Source of the DNA: Raillietiella orientalis
Lineage: Eukaryota
Direction: 5' to 3'
DNA: 64,000 bases
Assembly (NCBI GenBank): GCA_036172245.1
Contig: JAYWIR010000014.1
Coordinates: 3,038,001 to 3,102,000, forward strand
The translations under genes and the position numbers were made by a program. Below are positions 49,600-60,900 of the stretch, piece after piece; position 1 is the stretch's first letter; each line of letters starts with the position of its first letter. Below the pieces are notes generated by a model. The model worked only from the letters and a program-made list of their open reading frames with translations. It ran no database searches and was not told the DNA's origin.

Positions 49600-49870
49600 A
49601 CAGTGCGAAAAAAACTCTGCCATCCTTGCCCCCTGCCCTCAGATCCCTACTTTTTGTTTGTTTGCCTTCTTATGAGGCGAAGATCCGGACCGAAAAGCTC
49701 CTAAGCCTTATGGGGCTCTCAGGGTTCCGAAGTCAACTAAAATACATGATGGCCTGTCTGTATTCGAGACCCTGGACTTGGTGTGCAGACGTTGGGAGGC
49801 ATGGAACTGCAGCAGAAGCTCCAAAGACTGGCTCTGGAGGCCAAACTGAAGACTGGCGCAGCCTCAGGAG
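49600..49870 (+). mobile_element. Tx1/L1-like post-RT fragment
   Basis: LFVCLPSYEAKIRTEKL and TLGGMELQQKLQRLALEAKL align with LFVCLSPTAIKKRTEDL and TLERMELQLHIRRLILAAKL (ORF 12017-12319). Confidence 0.7.
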
Positions 49871-49880
49871 TGCGGTTTTT

Positions 49881-50690
49881 CACCCGGTCACGCCGGGGCG
49901 TTTATTCCATGAAAAAAACAAACAAACAAACTGGGAAGGCAGTTCTCGGAAGAGACAGCAAAGACCCGCAAGGAAGGATCACCGACACACAGTCCGGAAC
50001 GGCAGAGAAGGGGACAATAAATATAAAAAACAAAAAAAAGAAGGGAGTGCAGGAACAGGGGTTAGGGTCTTTGGTTTGAACCGTTCCTTCCTTCCAGGAC
50101 CAGCGTAGAATGCGGGCGATCGTCTTGGTGCCTTCGCCCAGATGGAGCCACCACGCTGCAGTCCTCAGGAAAGCGGCCGCCACATGGGTGGTCCCCCGTC
50201 ACTGCGCCCGAAACTCCAGCACGCAGCGGGGGATTTGCGATATGTCGTCGCGATCGCGGCCCTGCCGAAAATCCTCCGCGTGCAAAGGATAGCCGCAGCA
50301 GATCGTCGCCGGTGTCCTGGGGGTGCAGAGGCGATGAAGCCAGCCTCCTCCACGGTTCTTGGAGCGCACCGCAGTCCAACAGGTGTACGGCGCAGGTTGC
50401 TAGGGACTGACCTACTTCCACAGGGCCGCTACAGGGAGAAGCCCCTCGACTTTTCCTTGAGGTAGGTGGTCACCCTGCCAGTAGGTGGCCAGTGAGCTTC
50501 AACTCACGGCGGCGGAAAGCAGTCGATGCAGGATGAGAGCGATCCCGGTGGAGATGAGTCCTGCGGGGCATCTGTGATGAGGAGTTGAGGAGTCCACTTT
50601 CCAGAAATGATTCAGAGCCACAAGATTTGAACCAGACATGCATTTGGCTACAGCACTGTCTTCCCTAAGGAGATGAGGCAGCACCGGAGG
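49881..50690 (-). mobile_element. Tx1/L1-like LINE 3' end
   Basis: TCAVHLLDCGALQEPW; terminal 26-nt motif at 49881-49906 identical to 10487-10512, followed by a short A tail on the minus strand. Confidence 0.82.
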
Positions 50691-51779
50691 CCACCCGTGA
50701 ACGGTGGGAACTCTTCATCGAACCAGTTTGGAAATTCACGAAAAGAACAAGAGGAGAGTTTCGACACCGCTCCTGCAGTCTGCGTCCTATGTACCACGGT
50801 TCCATTCTCGCGCTGAAGAGTCGCAGCAGCATCTCAGGAGTCACCAAGCTCGTCGGGAAGTGGATGGCAGTCAAGCCTGGCCGATACGGCTGCTCGGAGG
50901 TCACTGCAACGCCAGTCAGGTCTGCTGGCTCTTCCCGAAGACCAGCCGTCGGTCCCCTACCTCCGCGTTCAGCGGACGACGGCTCACTTCCTGTGCTGGA
51001 GGACTCACTGCCGCGTGCAGAGTGCGTGGGAGGGGAAGGGAGGGAGGGAGAGAGGGAGGAGGTGTCTCCCCAGACAGTGCGGGGTGCGCAGATCAGAGGA
51101 ATCCTGCCGACCGCAGCACTCTTCACTCGGCGCGAGAGCGCCAGGCAAGAGCACTCCCGCAGCACTCTCTCGCCCCCCCTCATCAAGGACATCCTGCGGC
51201 TTTTCTTCCTCGTCTCAGGTGGACACTCTCTCTTGGTGTCGGCAGCAGCAGTCTCCATCTGGTGCCACGTCTGCGGCATCGAGGCAGGATGTCTGGCGAC
51301 GGTGCTCTGCCAGCAGCATCTCCGTGCAACGGAGGGGGGGCTGGTGGCATCAACTGACTCGAACAGCAAGAGAGAGTATCGCGCTAGGACCAAAGACCAG
51401 AAGGATTAGAGGCCGGCGATCTGTCCTCCCCTCCCTCCTCCTCACTGCTCCTTCATCGTACCTTCCACCCCTTGTCACGCCAACGACATATCGAACGACG
51501 CTGAAGTCTCTGTGCAGGACCTCAGCGAGAACTCACCTAATAGAAACGTCCATTTTTTTTTGGTTCTAAAGAAGCCCCCTGGAACAATCCTCTCGAGCCG
51601 TGTGCTCTGTGGAAGGAACGAACAGCATTTGGACAGAGGGAAGGGGCACAATGAGGGAGGGGGAGGTCAACAAGCAGACGAACCGGTCTCGCGGTGACGG
51701 GAACGATCCCCGAGGGCGTGCGCCGGGCAGGGACGGATGGAGTGCATCCAGATAGCATCTTCCACGATGGTCCAGAATC

Positions 51780-54120
51780 CCCCTCGAACTCCGCATCTCA
51801 GTTTGGGACGTTCCCTCGCTGAACGGTGACTGCGAGTGGTGCCATGAGGAGCGCCAGCTCGTCGCTCGTCCAGGCGGTCACCGCGGCTCGCCAGTGGCAG
51901 CACCGGGCATCTGAGGCTCCTCCTCTTCTCCCTTCCCCCTCTTCGCAGCGCGCTTCCATCACTGCTGCTGCCTCAGAATTCCCGCCGTCTCTCGGCGGGA
52001 GCATCCGCCCCTTTGAGGCTCGGTGGCGCCCCCTGTCTCGAAGGAGACTCCGGTCGTCGCGGCAGGACGCCGGCTCCGGTCGGAAACGCAGAAGGAGGAG
52101 TTTAGGCGCAAAGAGCGGGAGGAAACCCGGGTGCTCCGGGAGTCGCCTGAGCCGAGGGACCCTGCATTACGTCCCCTCTTCCTTTACTTATTCATGCGTT
52201 CTTCCCGCTCCACCCTGCGCTCCCTTGCAGGCTCTGCCCCGTGTCGTGCTTGACCCTCCCTCGCGGACAGACGTCAAAAGCGATTCCTTGCTCTTATTTA
52301 TTTATGTAATGTAAGCGAAAGGCCCGCCGCATCCGGAGCGGGGAGTCCTCTGCGCTGCGACAAGGGAGCCCGCCGGGCGGGAATCATTCGGATGGCGCCT
52401 CTGCCACCAAGAGTGGGCATCCGGCGAAACGCAGAGAAGAACCGCGGCTGTGGCTTGATCTGATGGCAGGAGATCAATATCGGGGAGCCACTGATCCGGC
52501 TCTGAATCCCACGAGAATGGACCATGGCTGCGGAAGAACCCGAGTTTCGAAGGTTCCAGAAGGAGAGGAAGGGAAGAAATTCTGGGAGAGAGCGGGGCCT
52601 CTAGAGTTGCGCTCGATTTCCCCCCCCCCCCATCTAGACATAAAATCCCCCAATCTAGGTCCTATCGCGGCGCGCGCTGTCCATGGCAGGGAGGCGCCAG
52701 CAACAGGGCACACCCGGAGGTGCAAGCGAGAATCCCCCGGTGGCAGAACCCGGGAGCCGAAGTTTCCTCTCTCTCCCTTCTTCGAAGCGCGCTTCCAGCT
52801 CTGCTGCTGCCGCAGAGTTCCTGCCGTCCCCCGGTGGGAGCACCCGGCCCCCTGGGACTCGGTGGCGCTTCCCGTCTCCAAGGGAACACCGGCCTGCTGG
52901 AAGCGCAGTTACCCCGCCGAATGTCCGAGCCTCCCGGTGTCTTCCGCGATATGGCGCTTGGATTAGGTCTGATGTGTAGATGAGCTTCGTCCCCTCCTCT
53001 ACTCCCCCCTTTTTTTACCCTTCCCTTTTTCGCGGCACAACGAGTCACTCTGTGTTCTAAATGAGCTCCACCTCCCCTTTCACGCCCCCCCTCCTCCTCC
53101 TTGCTCCCCTTTTTCTCCGCCCCCTTTTCCGTCAAACACCAAAACAGGAGGAAACAAAGGCGCGCACTTTCTAAATCTGGCGAGAGGGAGCAGGGGGAAG
53201 GGGGAGGAGGAGGAGAGAGAGGGAGGGAAAGAAGGAAAAGCCGACGGCGCAAAGGCATCTGCAGGATCAAAGGGGATGCAGGCGGTGCCGTCGCGGAGAT
53301 GCCGGCGGCAGCAGGCCGCCGTTCCAGACGCGGCCCGTCTGTCCGCAAAGGGGACGCCCGATGACGATCGCGGCGGCAGCAGCCGGAGAGAAGGGGGGCC
53401 GCCGCCATCGCTCGGCGGCAAGGAAGAGGAGCGCGGTTCCCTCGAACTCCGCATCCCGGGTCAGACCGCTCCCCCTCGCTGAACGGCGGCTGCGAGCGGC
53501 TCCCCGAGGAGCTCCATTTTTCTCGCTCGTTCGGGAGGTCATAGCGGCCCGCCTGTGACAGGGAATCGCCAGTGGCGGGGTATGCCAGGAGAAGCGACCA
53601 CACGCGAGCGAGGATCCCCTGGTAGCAGCACCTCTTCCCGGGATGCTCCTCAGGTGCCCGGATACCTCAGGAGCGTTCCAGAAGGATGAGGAGGAGAGAG
53701 CGGCTCTAGAGACGGAAGGGTTCAGCTCCGATGCCCGTCCTGAGGGCGGCGCACCGACGGGAGGAACCGGGAGTAAGACTCAAGGAGGGAATTCCAGGAG
53801 GGGGGAAGGGGCAGGCATGGAAGAGGGGAACTCCAGGGGAGGAGGTGGAAAAGGATGGTGGTGGAAGAGGCAGCAGAACTGGCTGCGCCTGGACGAAACG
53901 GAAGAAACCCGAGGGGTCCCCCTTCCTATCTTCGAGGTAGGTCGGAGGCTGCCGCTGCAGCGAGGCGGCGAAAGCGGCAGCAGCGCTTTCCGGGACGACG
54001 CCAGCGGGTTCGAGCAGGAAAACGTTGGCAACCTGGGGAATGGACTCCTCCGGGAAGGCGTCGGGTTCTGTGCACACACGGGGACCGCTGCCAAGCCGGG
54101 AACACCGGGAAACCACCCCG
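51780..54120 (-). repeat. Three partly homologous GC-rich blocks, probably LINE 5' UTR/ORF1 N-termini
   Basis: CCCTCGAACTCCGCATC at 51781 and 53439, each followed by CCCTCGCTGAACGG; MLPPRDGGNSEAAAVMEARCEEG (ORF 51798-52004) versus MLPPGDGRNSAAAAELEARFEEG (ORF 52655-52843). Confidence 0.55.
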
Positions 54121-54183
54121 CTCTTTGAGCCGCCGCTCGTAGCAGCCTGCCGGTTCCTCCTCGTACCCTCCCTCCTCTCTTCT

Positions 54184-55200
54184 CCCAGACGCCAGGACGT
54201 TTCTTAAACTTTAAAAGAAACTCGGAAATTGTGGAGGAACGCCTGGTCCTACCACGCTCCGTTTGTCCACGGACCTGACGAGCTGTTGGCCCGCAGACAG
54301 GGAAGACTCCCCTCATCAGCGGTGGGGAGGGGGGAAAAAAATAAATAAAAAATAAATAAATACACTGTGGAGGACCGGGAAGGGATCACAGTCCTCCGTA
54401 GAGAGTCCTCCACATCCTTTCCAGGATGCCGGCCAGGCCTGATTGTACCCAGGTTGGACCATATTGCTGCTACCCACGGAAAGCAAAGTGTGTGCTCGAC
54501 GGCGTCCCTTTCGTTCGCTCCTGCTTCCGTGTCGCTCCTGACCGCCGTAGTCCCGCGGATGCAGCAAAGAAATGCTGGGGCTGCGGTGGCAGTAGGGCAT
54601 CCCGTGTGAAGAGCAGTTTTACAAGGTCCCTGGGGTTGCCAACCGGGGTCCGTTGGGTCGTTCAAAAATGTTCCCACAGGGGCCGGAGGCAACACAGTCC
54701 ACAAGCAGGTGTGGGAGGAACTCTCGTTCCCTGCATCTGCTACAGTCCGGGCCCGTCCCGTCTAGTGGTGTCTATAGGCGGGAGTTGCAGGGAAGAGCTC
54801 AGTGCAGCAGCAAAAGGTGCCGACTACTGCCACTTCAGGGGGAGGGCGCCTCCATCCTTGAGCACTGGGGACAACTCCAGGTCTTCGCTAGGAATACCGA
54901 GCCGCTCGCCCCAGCGTTGTAGTACTCGTTGAAGGACACTCGTAGTCGCAGCATCCGCCAGCTGCCTTATGATCCATCCACTAATGGTCTTCGCTCCTGC
55001 CTGCAATCTCGCAGGGGACTTCCCACCTCGATTGCTGGCTACAGCGAATTGCCTTCCTCAGGGAGGGCATCGTTGCAGCGAGGAGGATCTTCCCACCCAT
55101 GGTGGTCGTTTCTTCGTGGGTTCCTTTTACCAGGAAAAGGAGCTTCGATGGCAACCGGGCCGCGAACGTTGCCTGTCAGCGACCCGCTATCATCCTCTTC
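54184..55200 (-). mobile_element. Tx1/L1-like LINE 3' end
   Basis: LPLKWQ, DCSRCRER, GRHPGKDVEDSLRRTVIPSRSST (compare RRHPAKDGPSLQRTVIPSRSSK near 10670-10740); degenerate terminal motif at 54184-54205. Confidence 0.82.
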
Positions 55201-55954
55201 CCGTTTCGTTCCCGAACTCGCACACAAAGGATCCGGAATGCCGATTCTACTGCCAGCAAGAAGCCGGGAGCAGTCTACTCCTTCCCCCCCTCTTTCCCCT
55301 TCCTGCTCCTCGTCGTCAGCGGCACCACCCCTTTGCGTCTCCCTCCTCGCTCCCTCCCTCCGTCATCATCATCCCTTTCCTTTTCCCGCCCTTCTTCGCC
55401 GTCGCCCAGCCTCACGCCGAACGGCCTTCTCCCTCTCTGCCGCGCTGGCAGTCGCCCTCAGGAGCTCCGCGCCCGGCCGCAGCCGGCGACCCGCAGCGTC
55501 AGGGGCGTCGCCGTTGCCGTCGCCCCTGCACCGGCGGAGCGTAGCACGCGCGAGGGGACACAAGCGGGGGGAGGAAGGTCGCTCCGCTCCGGAGGGCGAG
55601 GTTCGCGGTGCCTTCCCCTGGACACGGGCTGGAAGCGCGCGCGCGCCCACGGGGAGAGCGAGAGGAGAAGGAGCGGGAGCCGCTCTTCCTGCCTTCCCCG
55701 GGCGGAAGAAGAAGAGGGAACGTACCGGAACAAGCGCCGTCGCCGCGTGCGCACGCGCATTTCCAGGTTAAGGCGGGCGCTGAAGTGGCGTGAGGGGAAG
55801 GAGAGGGGGGAGGGAAGAGAAAGAAGGAATGCCGAATTGATAGGAGCGTCTGCGCGCACGCGTTGCGTCAGGGTGCGCGCGAGCGAAGGAAGGCAGGACC
55901 AGGAGCAGGTGGCGTCAGGTGGCGACGGCGCTCGACCGGCTTCGGCAGGGCACA

Positions 55955-55981
55955 GGCGGCGGCGGCGGCGGCGGCGGCGGC
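55955..55981. repeat. (GGC)9 microsatellite
   Basis: Nine perfect GGC units. Confidence 0.95.
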
Positions 55982-58320
55982 AGCTGTTCGGCGGGGTGCG
56001 CTGCAGTTCGGGGGGATTCCACGGTCCGGCTGGAGTCCGGGCGCGCCCTCGCTCGCTCTCCCGGAACCTGGAAGAGAGGCATTCCCTCCGCGCTTCCGCG
56101 CCGCGCCCTTGGTCGCGCCCTGCGGGCGAGGGACGTGGCGGGACGAAGCGGTTCGCGTGCCGGCCGCCCTGCTCAGGAAAGGGCCGCTCGACGTCCCGCC
56201 TCGCGGATGCTCCCCTGCTGGCGAGCAGCGCCTGGCGCTCTCCCTCGCGGCGCGCGGGGGGAGGGGGGGCGCTACCGCATGCCCCGACCGCCAGGGGGTT
56301 CGCGGCGGTGCTGTCCCGTCCGGGGCCAACGTGTGGCGTCCGAGAGGGAAGCACGGTCGCTGCCTCCTGGGCCTCTCGCCCCTTCGGGCACTTTGCACGT
56401 TCCTTCCGCAAACCGAGTTCCTTCCTCCTCTCGACAGGGCGCGGATAGAGGAGGTCGCCCCGCTCCTCCCTTCTCCTCTTACTCCTCAATTGTTCATCTG
56501 GGGAGTGCTGGACACGGAAACGGCTCGGAGCGACAGGTGCACGTTTTCAGTGGCGTCCGGCTGCCCTTCCCCCTTCTCGACGCCCCTAGCGATAAGGGGC
56601 GGCCGAAAGTCCGTCCCCGCTTATCTTCGGATCCGGTCGGGTGCGTCGGAGGGCCCGCCTCACGCCGGAAACCTCCCTCAGGTGCCCTCACCGCCCCGTT
56701 TCGGCTCGCCCTTCCGAGGAGACGCCTCCGCTTCTTTGCCCCTCCCCTTCCCACCAGATAGTTCCCCACGCCTCCTCCGGGTGATTCACTCTGCCTTTCC
56801 TCGCTAACCTGTGATCTCCACAGAGGGAGAAGATCACTCGTGATCCCCAGTCCATCCGTCTACTCCTCGCGAGGTGCTCTCTCGGCCGCGGATCGTGGCG
56901 GTCGTGACTCACGAAGGCACCTCTCAAAGGTCTCTCGGACAGTGAAAGAAACGAAAGGAGCAGCACCAGCAGTTCCTGGCGGCGGTCGGCATAGCAACCC
57001 AAACAGCGACAATAGCGACAAAGCGCCACCGGAAGAAGCTTGAGGGAGTGTCTTTCGCTGCGGTGAGCGCCTCTCGAATGCAGTGATTTGGAGATGGCGT
57101 CGAAGAGATGAACGGTTGCTCCTCCCCTCCTCCTCTTCCCTGTTCTTGCATCCCTTTCCTCCTCAGCTTCCAGGCTATATGGATTTGGAATCACCGAACA
57201 GGAGTTGTCACACAGAACGGAGCAAATTATTGTTTTCGATCATGAACGGGAAGTGGCCACACGCACACAAAAAAAATGAAAATAAAAATAATGAAAGGAA
57301 AGATCCAACAGACGCCACAAGCAGCAAAGCCGTCTCTGAAGCTATCGAGGTACTAGGAAGGAAGGATCGATATTCCAGGGAATCGCGGTCATCTGACCAG
57401 CTTTCCACTGGACGCTATCCCAGCTCCAAAGCTCAGGGAAGCGCACGAACCAGTGCTTTTTTTTTTCGTGTTTCACGCGAGGACAGCACGTCCTAAACGG
57501 ATTCGTGAGGGAGAAAGAGAAGGGGAGAGAAGGGGGCCGAGTCCCATGAGTGCCAGGGTGTTGCCGACGGTGCTGTTCCGACGCAACTCTGAGCACCCGG
57601 GAACCTCCGAGGAAGAGCGTCAAGTCCCGATCAATGTCTCCCCCCTCCCCCAAAAAATGGTCCCTGTGACAAGTCGCTGACCCGGGGCCGTCTGGACGGA
57701 CGAATCCCATAGGCTCTGCCGGAGGATTCGCCCGGACGTGCTCCCGGTTTTCGGTGTCTTCTTTGTCGGGGCAGACGTCCTTTGACTCACGGGTGACTCG
57801 CACGCTTCCTCTAACTCGCCAGAGGACGAACTCGTCCAGAAGAGCAGGCAGCAGCGGAACGCAGCAGCCGAAGATAAGGAAAGGGGAGAAGGAGGAGATA
57901 TCTTTTCAGGGGCGACAGAGGAGCCCAAGACGGCGATGACGACGACGACCCGTGTAGGACCGCCAGCGCGACCGCATCATCCGTGTAAGGTGGGATAGAG
58001 CTGCGAGACCAGCAAGCAGGTCGTGACATCCCTTCGAAGAAGCCCGACGGCAAGCCAGTGGTCGATCGTTCTAGAAGAGAGTCCCGGCACTTCCAGTGCA
58101 ACAGCGTCACCGGTCAGTACGAGCGCGGTGGGAGCGTTTCCCCTTTCACCCTCGCCACCGGTCACTCTCGTCTTCAGGGATGGTTGCCTCGCTCTCCCTC
58201 CTCTCTTCCTCCCTCTTTGGTCTTGGATGAGTCGTCGCCGCTACCGAGAAAGAGTGGAAAGAAAGAGAAGGCGACCACAGTGCCACCCAGCGTCAGGCGA
58301 AGTCTTCTCTCGTCTGCGGG

Positions 58321-58331
58321 AAGATGGCGGC
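58321..58331 (+). promoter_or_regulatory. YY1/Pho consensus site
   Basis: AAGATGGCGGC exact consensus, followed by a GCGC-rich tract; a single motif with no functional evidence. Confidence 0.25.
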
Positions 58332-59999
58332 CCGAGTTACTCGGCAGAGCGCGCGCACGCGCGCGCGATACGGGATCAGCAGGGGGGTGGGGGGGGGGAG
58401 GTCTTGCTCGGCTGCCGCGAAGGGCATGCGTCGCACGGAGGACTGTGGCGTGAAAGGGAACGCCAAACCCAGAGGTTTGCACATCCGCGTGCCTCTCCCT
58501 TTTCCTTTTTTTTTGTTTTGCCTCGCAGAACATCGGGATGTTCGTCACGTACGAGCGCTCACGGATGCATTGCATCTGCATCTCTTTATAATGTAATACA
58601 CATGTTAGCGATTGCATGATCGCCTGGATGCACACTGCTGAGGGAATTTCCCTCCTCCAGAAGCGCGCGTCCGCTACCGGAGGTTTGTTGGCTGAAGAAA
58701 TCCTGCGCCGCTGTAAACACAGAAACACGTAAAAGTCGTATGCATCCGCTAGTGTTCCGTGTGGATGGTCGCAGCCATTTCCGGAAAGTGTTTTTTTCCA
58801 TTATTATTATTATTCAGCTCCCCTCCCCCCTTTTGGAGGGGGAGGAGGAAAAAGAGGAGGAGCAAATGGAATAAAAGCAATTTGTCCTCCCGCGCGATTC
58901 CCCGGACTGCGCCGCTGTGTTGGCTCCCGAGGTGCCGTGGAGAGCCGAGTCGCCTTCCGCGTTTCGGTGCGGCTGGCGGGAGTGTTCGCATCGTTCCGAC
59001 CGTGCGGAGTTCCGTGACGGGTGCTTCGCTCCTTTCTCCTGGAGTCCTGCGTTCGCCTCGGAGACCGTCCTGGATGCTCCTTCGTTCCTCCAGAGAACAC
59101 ACCGCATCTGCTGCTGACGAGGGTTGAAACCCCCCACGGAGACCCTTTTGATGTGTGTGTTTTTCCTTTTTTGGTCTTTTGAGAGCTGCACGCATCTGGA
59201 AGGACCCGATCAGTCACCCTCTCCCCTCCCTCCTCCTCCTCTTCCCCCTCCTCTCGCGCCCGCGCACGTCCTCTCATCGCTGAAGAGAACCCGGGTGATG
59301 CTTCCGAGGACAGCGACGTTTCGAGCCGGAGGCGGCGGCAGCAGCCGGTTCGCTTCCTCCTCTCGCTTCGCGCCTCCATCTCCCGCGCCGCCTCTGCAGC
59401 CGCGCAGCCTCTCGTCCGGAAGACTCCCGGCTTGAAAGGGTTCTCGTTCCCCGAGCGAAGTATCCCTTGCGAATAAGTGTCCCACCTCCTGGACGGAGCT
59501 CCCTGCATGGTCCTCGTGGTCACGAACCGTGCCTTCCGGCCTTTCCCGTAGCTTTGCCCGCCCACGCACGCCGGTGCCCCTTCGGAGGTGCCGCTTTCCG
59601 TTTTCCGCGAATGCTCCGGCGGTCTTCTCTGCTCTCGCTGCCAACCAGAAGCCAGCCGCGCTGTTCCCCTCGTCTTCATCACCGCCACAGCCGCCATCCA
59701 TCTTTCGCTGCTCCCTCCTCTCCTGCATTTGCTCCCCTATCGTCCTGCTCTCTTCAGCTCAGGATTGGGGAGTGGGGACTCTCGCAAGAGGCAGGAAACG
59801 AGCTTCGCTGGGTTGCCAGGTTCCGCCTCCGTGGCCGTTGCTGCCGTTCCTTCAGGCGGTGGTGGAGGTGAGATGACGGCTGCGTCCCGGTGCGTGGCCA
59901 GCACAGACAGCCCTCAGCCATCAGCGCAGTCGCCGCCTCTCTTCGTACAGTCTTCCGTTGTAGGAATCTTCGCTCCGTGCACTGTCACGGACCCTCGCC

Positions 60000-60900
60000 C
60001 GAGGTCATCGAAGGGTCCTGGCAGGAGCGGCATCGCGGACCAGTGAGCAGCTCCGTGCTCTCCAGACATGGGAAGGAGGATCGACACCTCCTCCTTGAGT
60101 TTCGTCAACGACAAGAACGGACTGCGCAGGCGCTCTGAGGGGATCAGAGAGGCAGTGGTCTCTGCGTGACGTTGCCCGGAAGAGCTTGTTGGCGCAGAAG
60201 GGATGGCAGCGAGCTCCAGGAGGAGATGAGCCAGAAAGAAGGGAAGAAGTTCTTTCTCGCCCCAAGCTAATCCTGGCCCGAGGGAGTGATCCCTCCGATT
60301 TCGTCGGTTCGCCGGGGGGAGGCGCCGTCCTCCGGCGGCTACAGCGCATAGCGAGGGGAGTCGCGTCGGAGAACTCCTTCCTGCCGAGGATTCCTCGGCG
60401 GTCAGGTCTCGCGAGCACGGAACAGCCGCTCTGCCGCAGGACGCGCTCGACGGCGCCGTCTGCCGCGATCGGAACGTCGAAGGCGCGTTCTCTGCGGGCA
60501 CCGCAGCGCATCCGCCACTGTCTGGAGTTTACGCCGTGATGTCTGCCGGCCGAAGAGCCGAGGCCGGACACTGGCCGGCGTAGTGGTTCAAGCGAAACGC
60601 TTCCGCTTCCTCGGGGAACGCTCTTGAGGATATGCTCGTTTCCTCTGGGAACCCACGTGTCAGTTGGACGCGGTGGATGGAGGGGCGGGCAGCCCTCTGG
60701 CTCGGGACGCAGGGATCTGGAGCTTGCCTCTTGAGAGATGCTGCGATGCGGCCACAGGCGCAGCAGGAACCTCCCGCATTCAGGAGAGAGTTGGTGGCAC
60801 GTGGCGCGACGATAACAGCAGCGGGTTGGCAAGAAGCTTTTTCCACGGGCGTCTCTGACGGACGGCGAAAAAGATGAGCGGCCCAGGACGGAGCAACGGA
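60000..60900 (-). mobile_element. Tx1/L1-like ORF1 remnant
   Basis: WVP..EHILK..GSV...GVNSRQWRMR, then RCHPFCANKLFRATSRRDHC (knuckle-like) in ORF 60005-60832. Confidence 0.4.
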
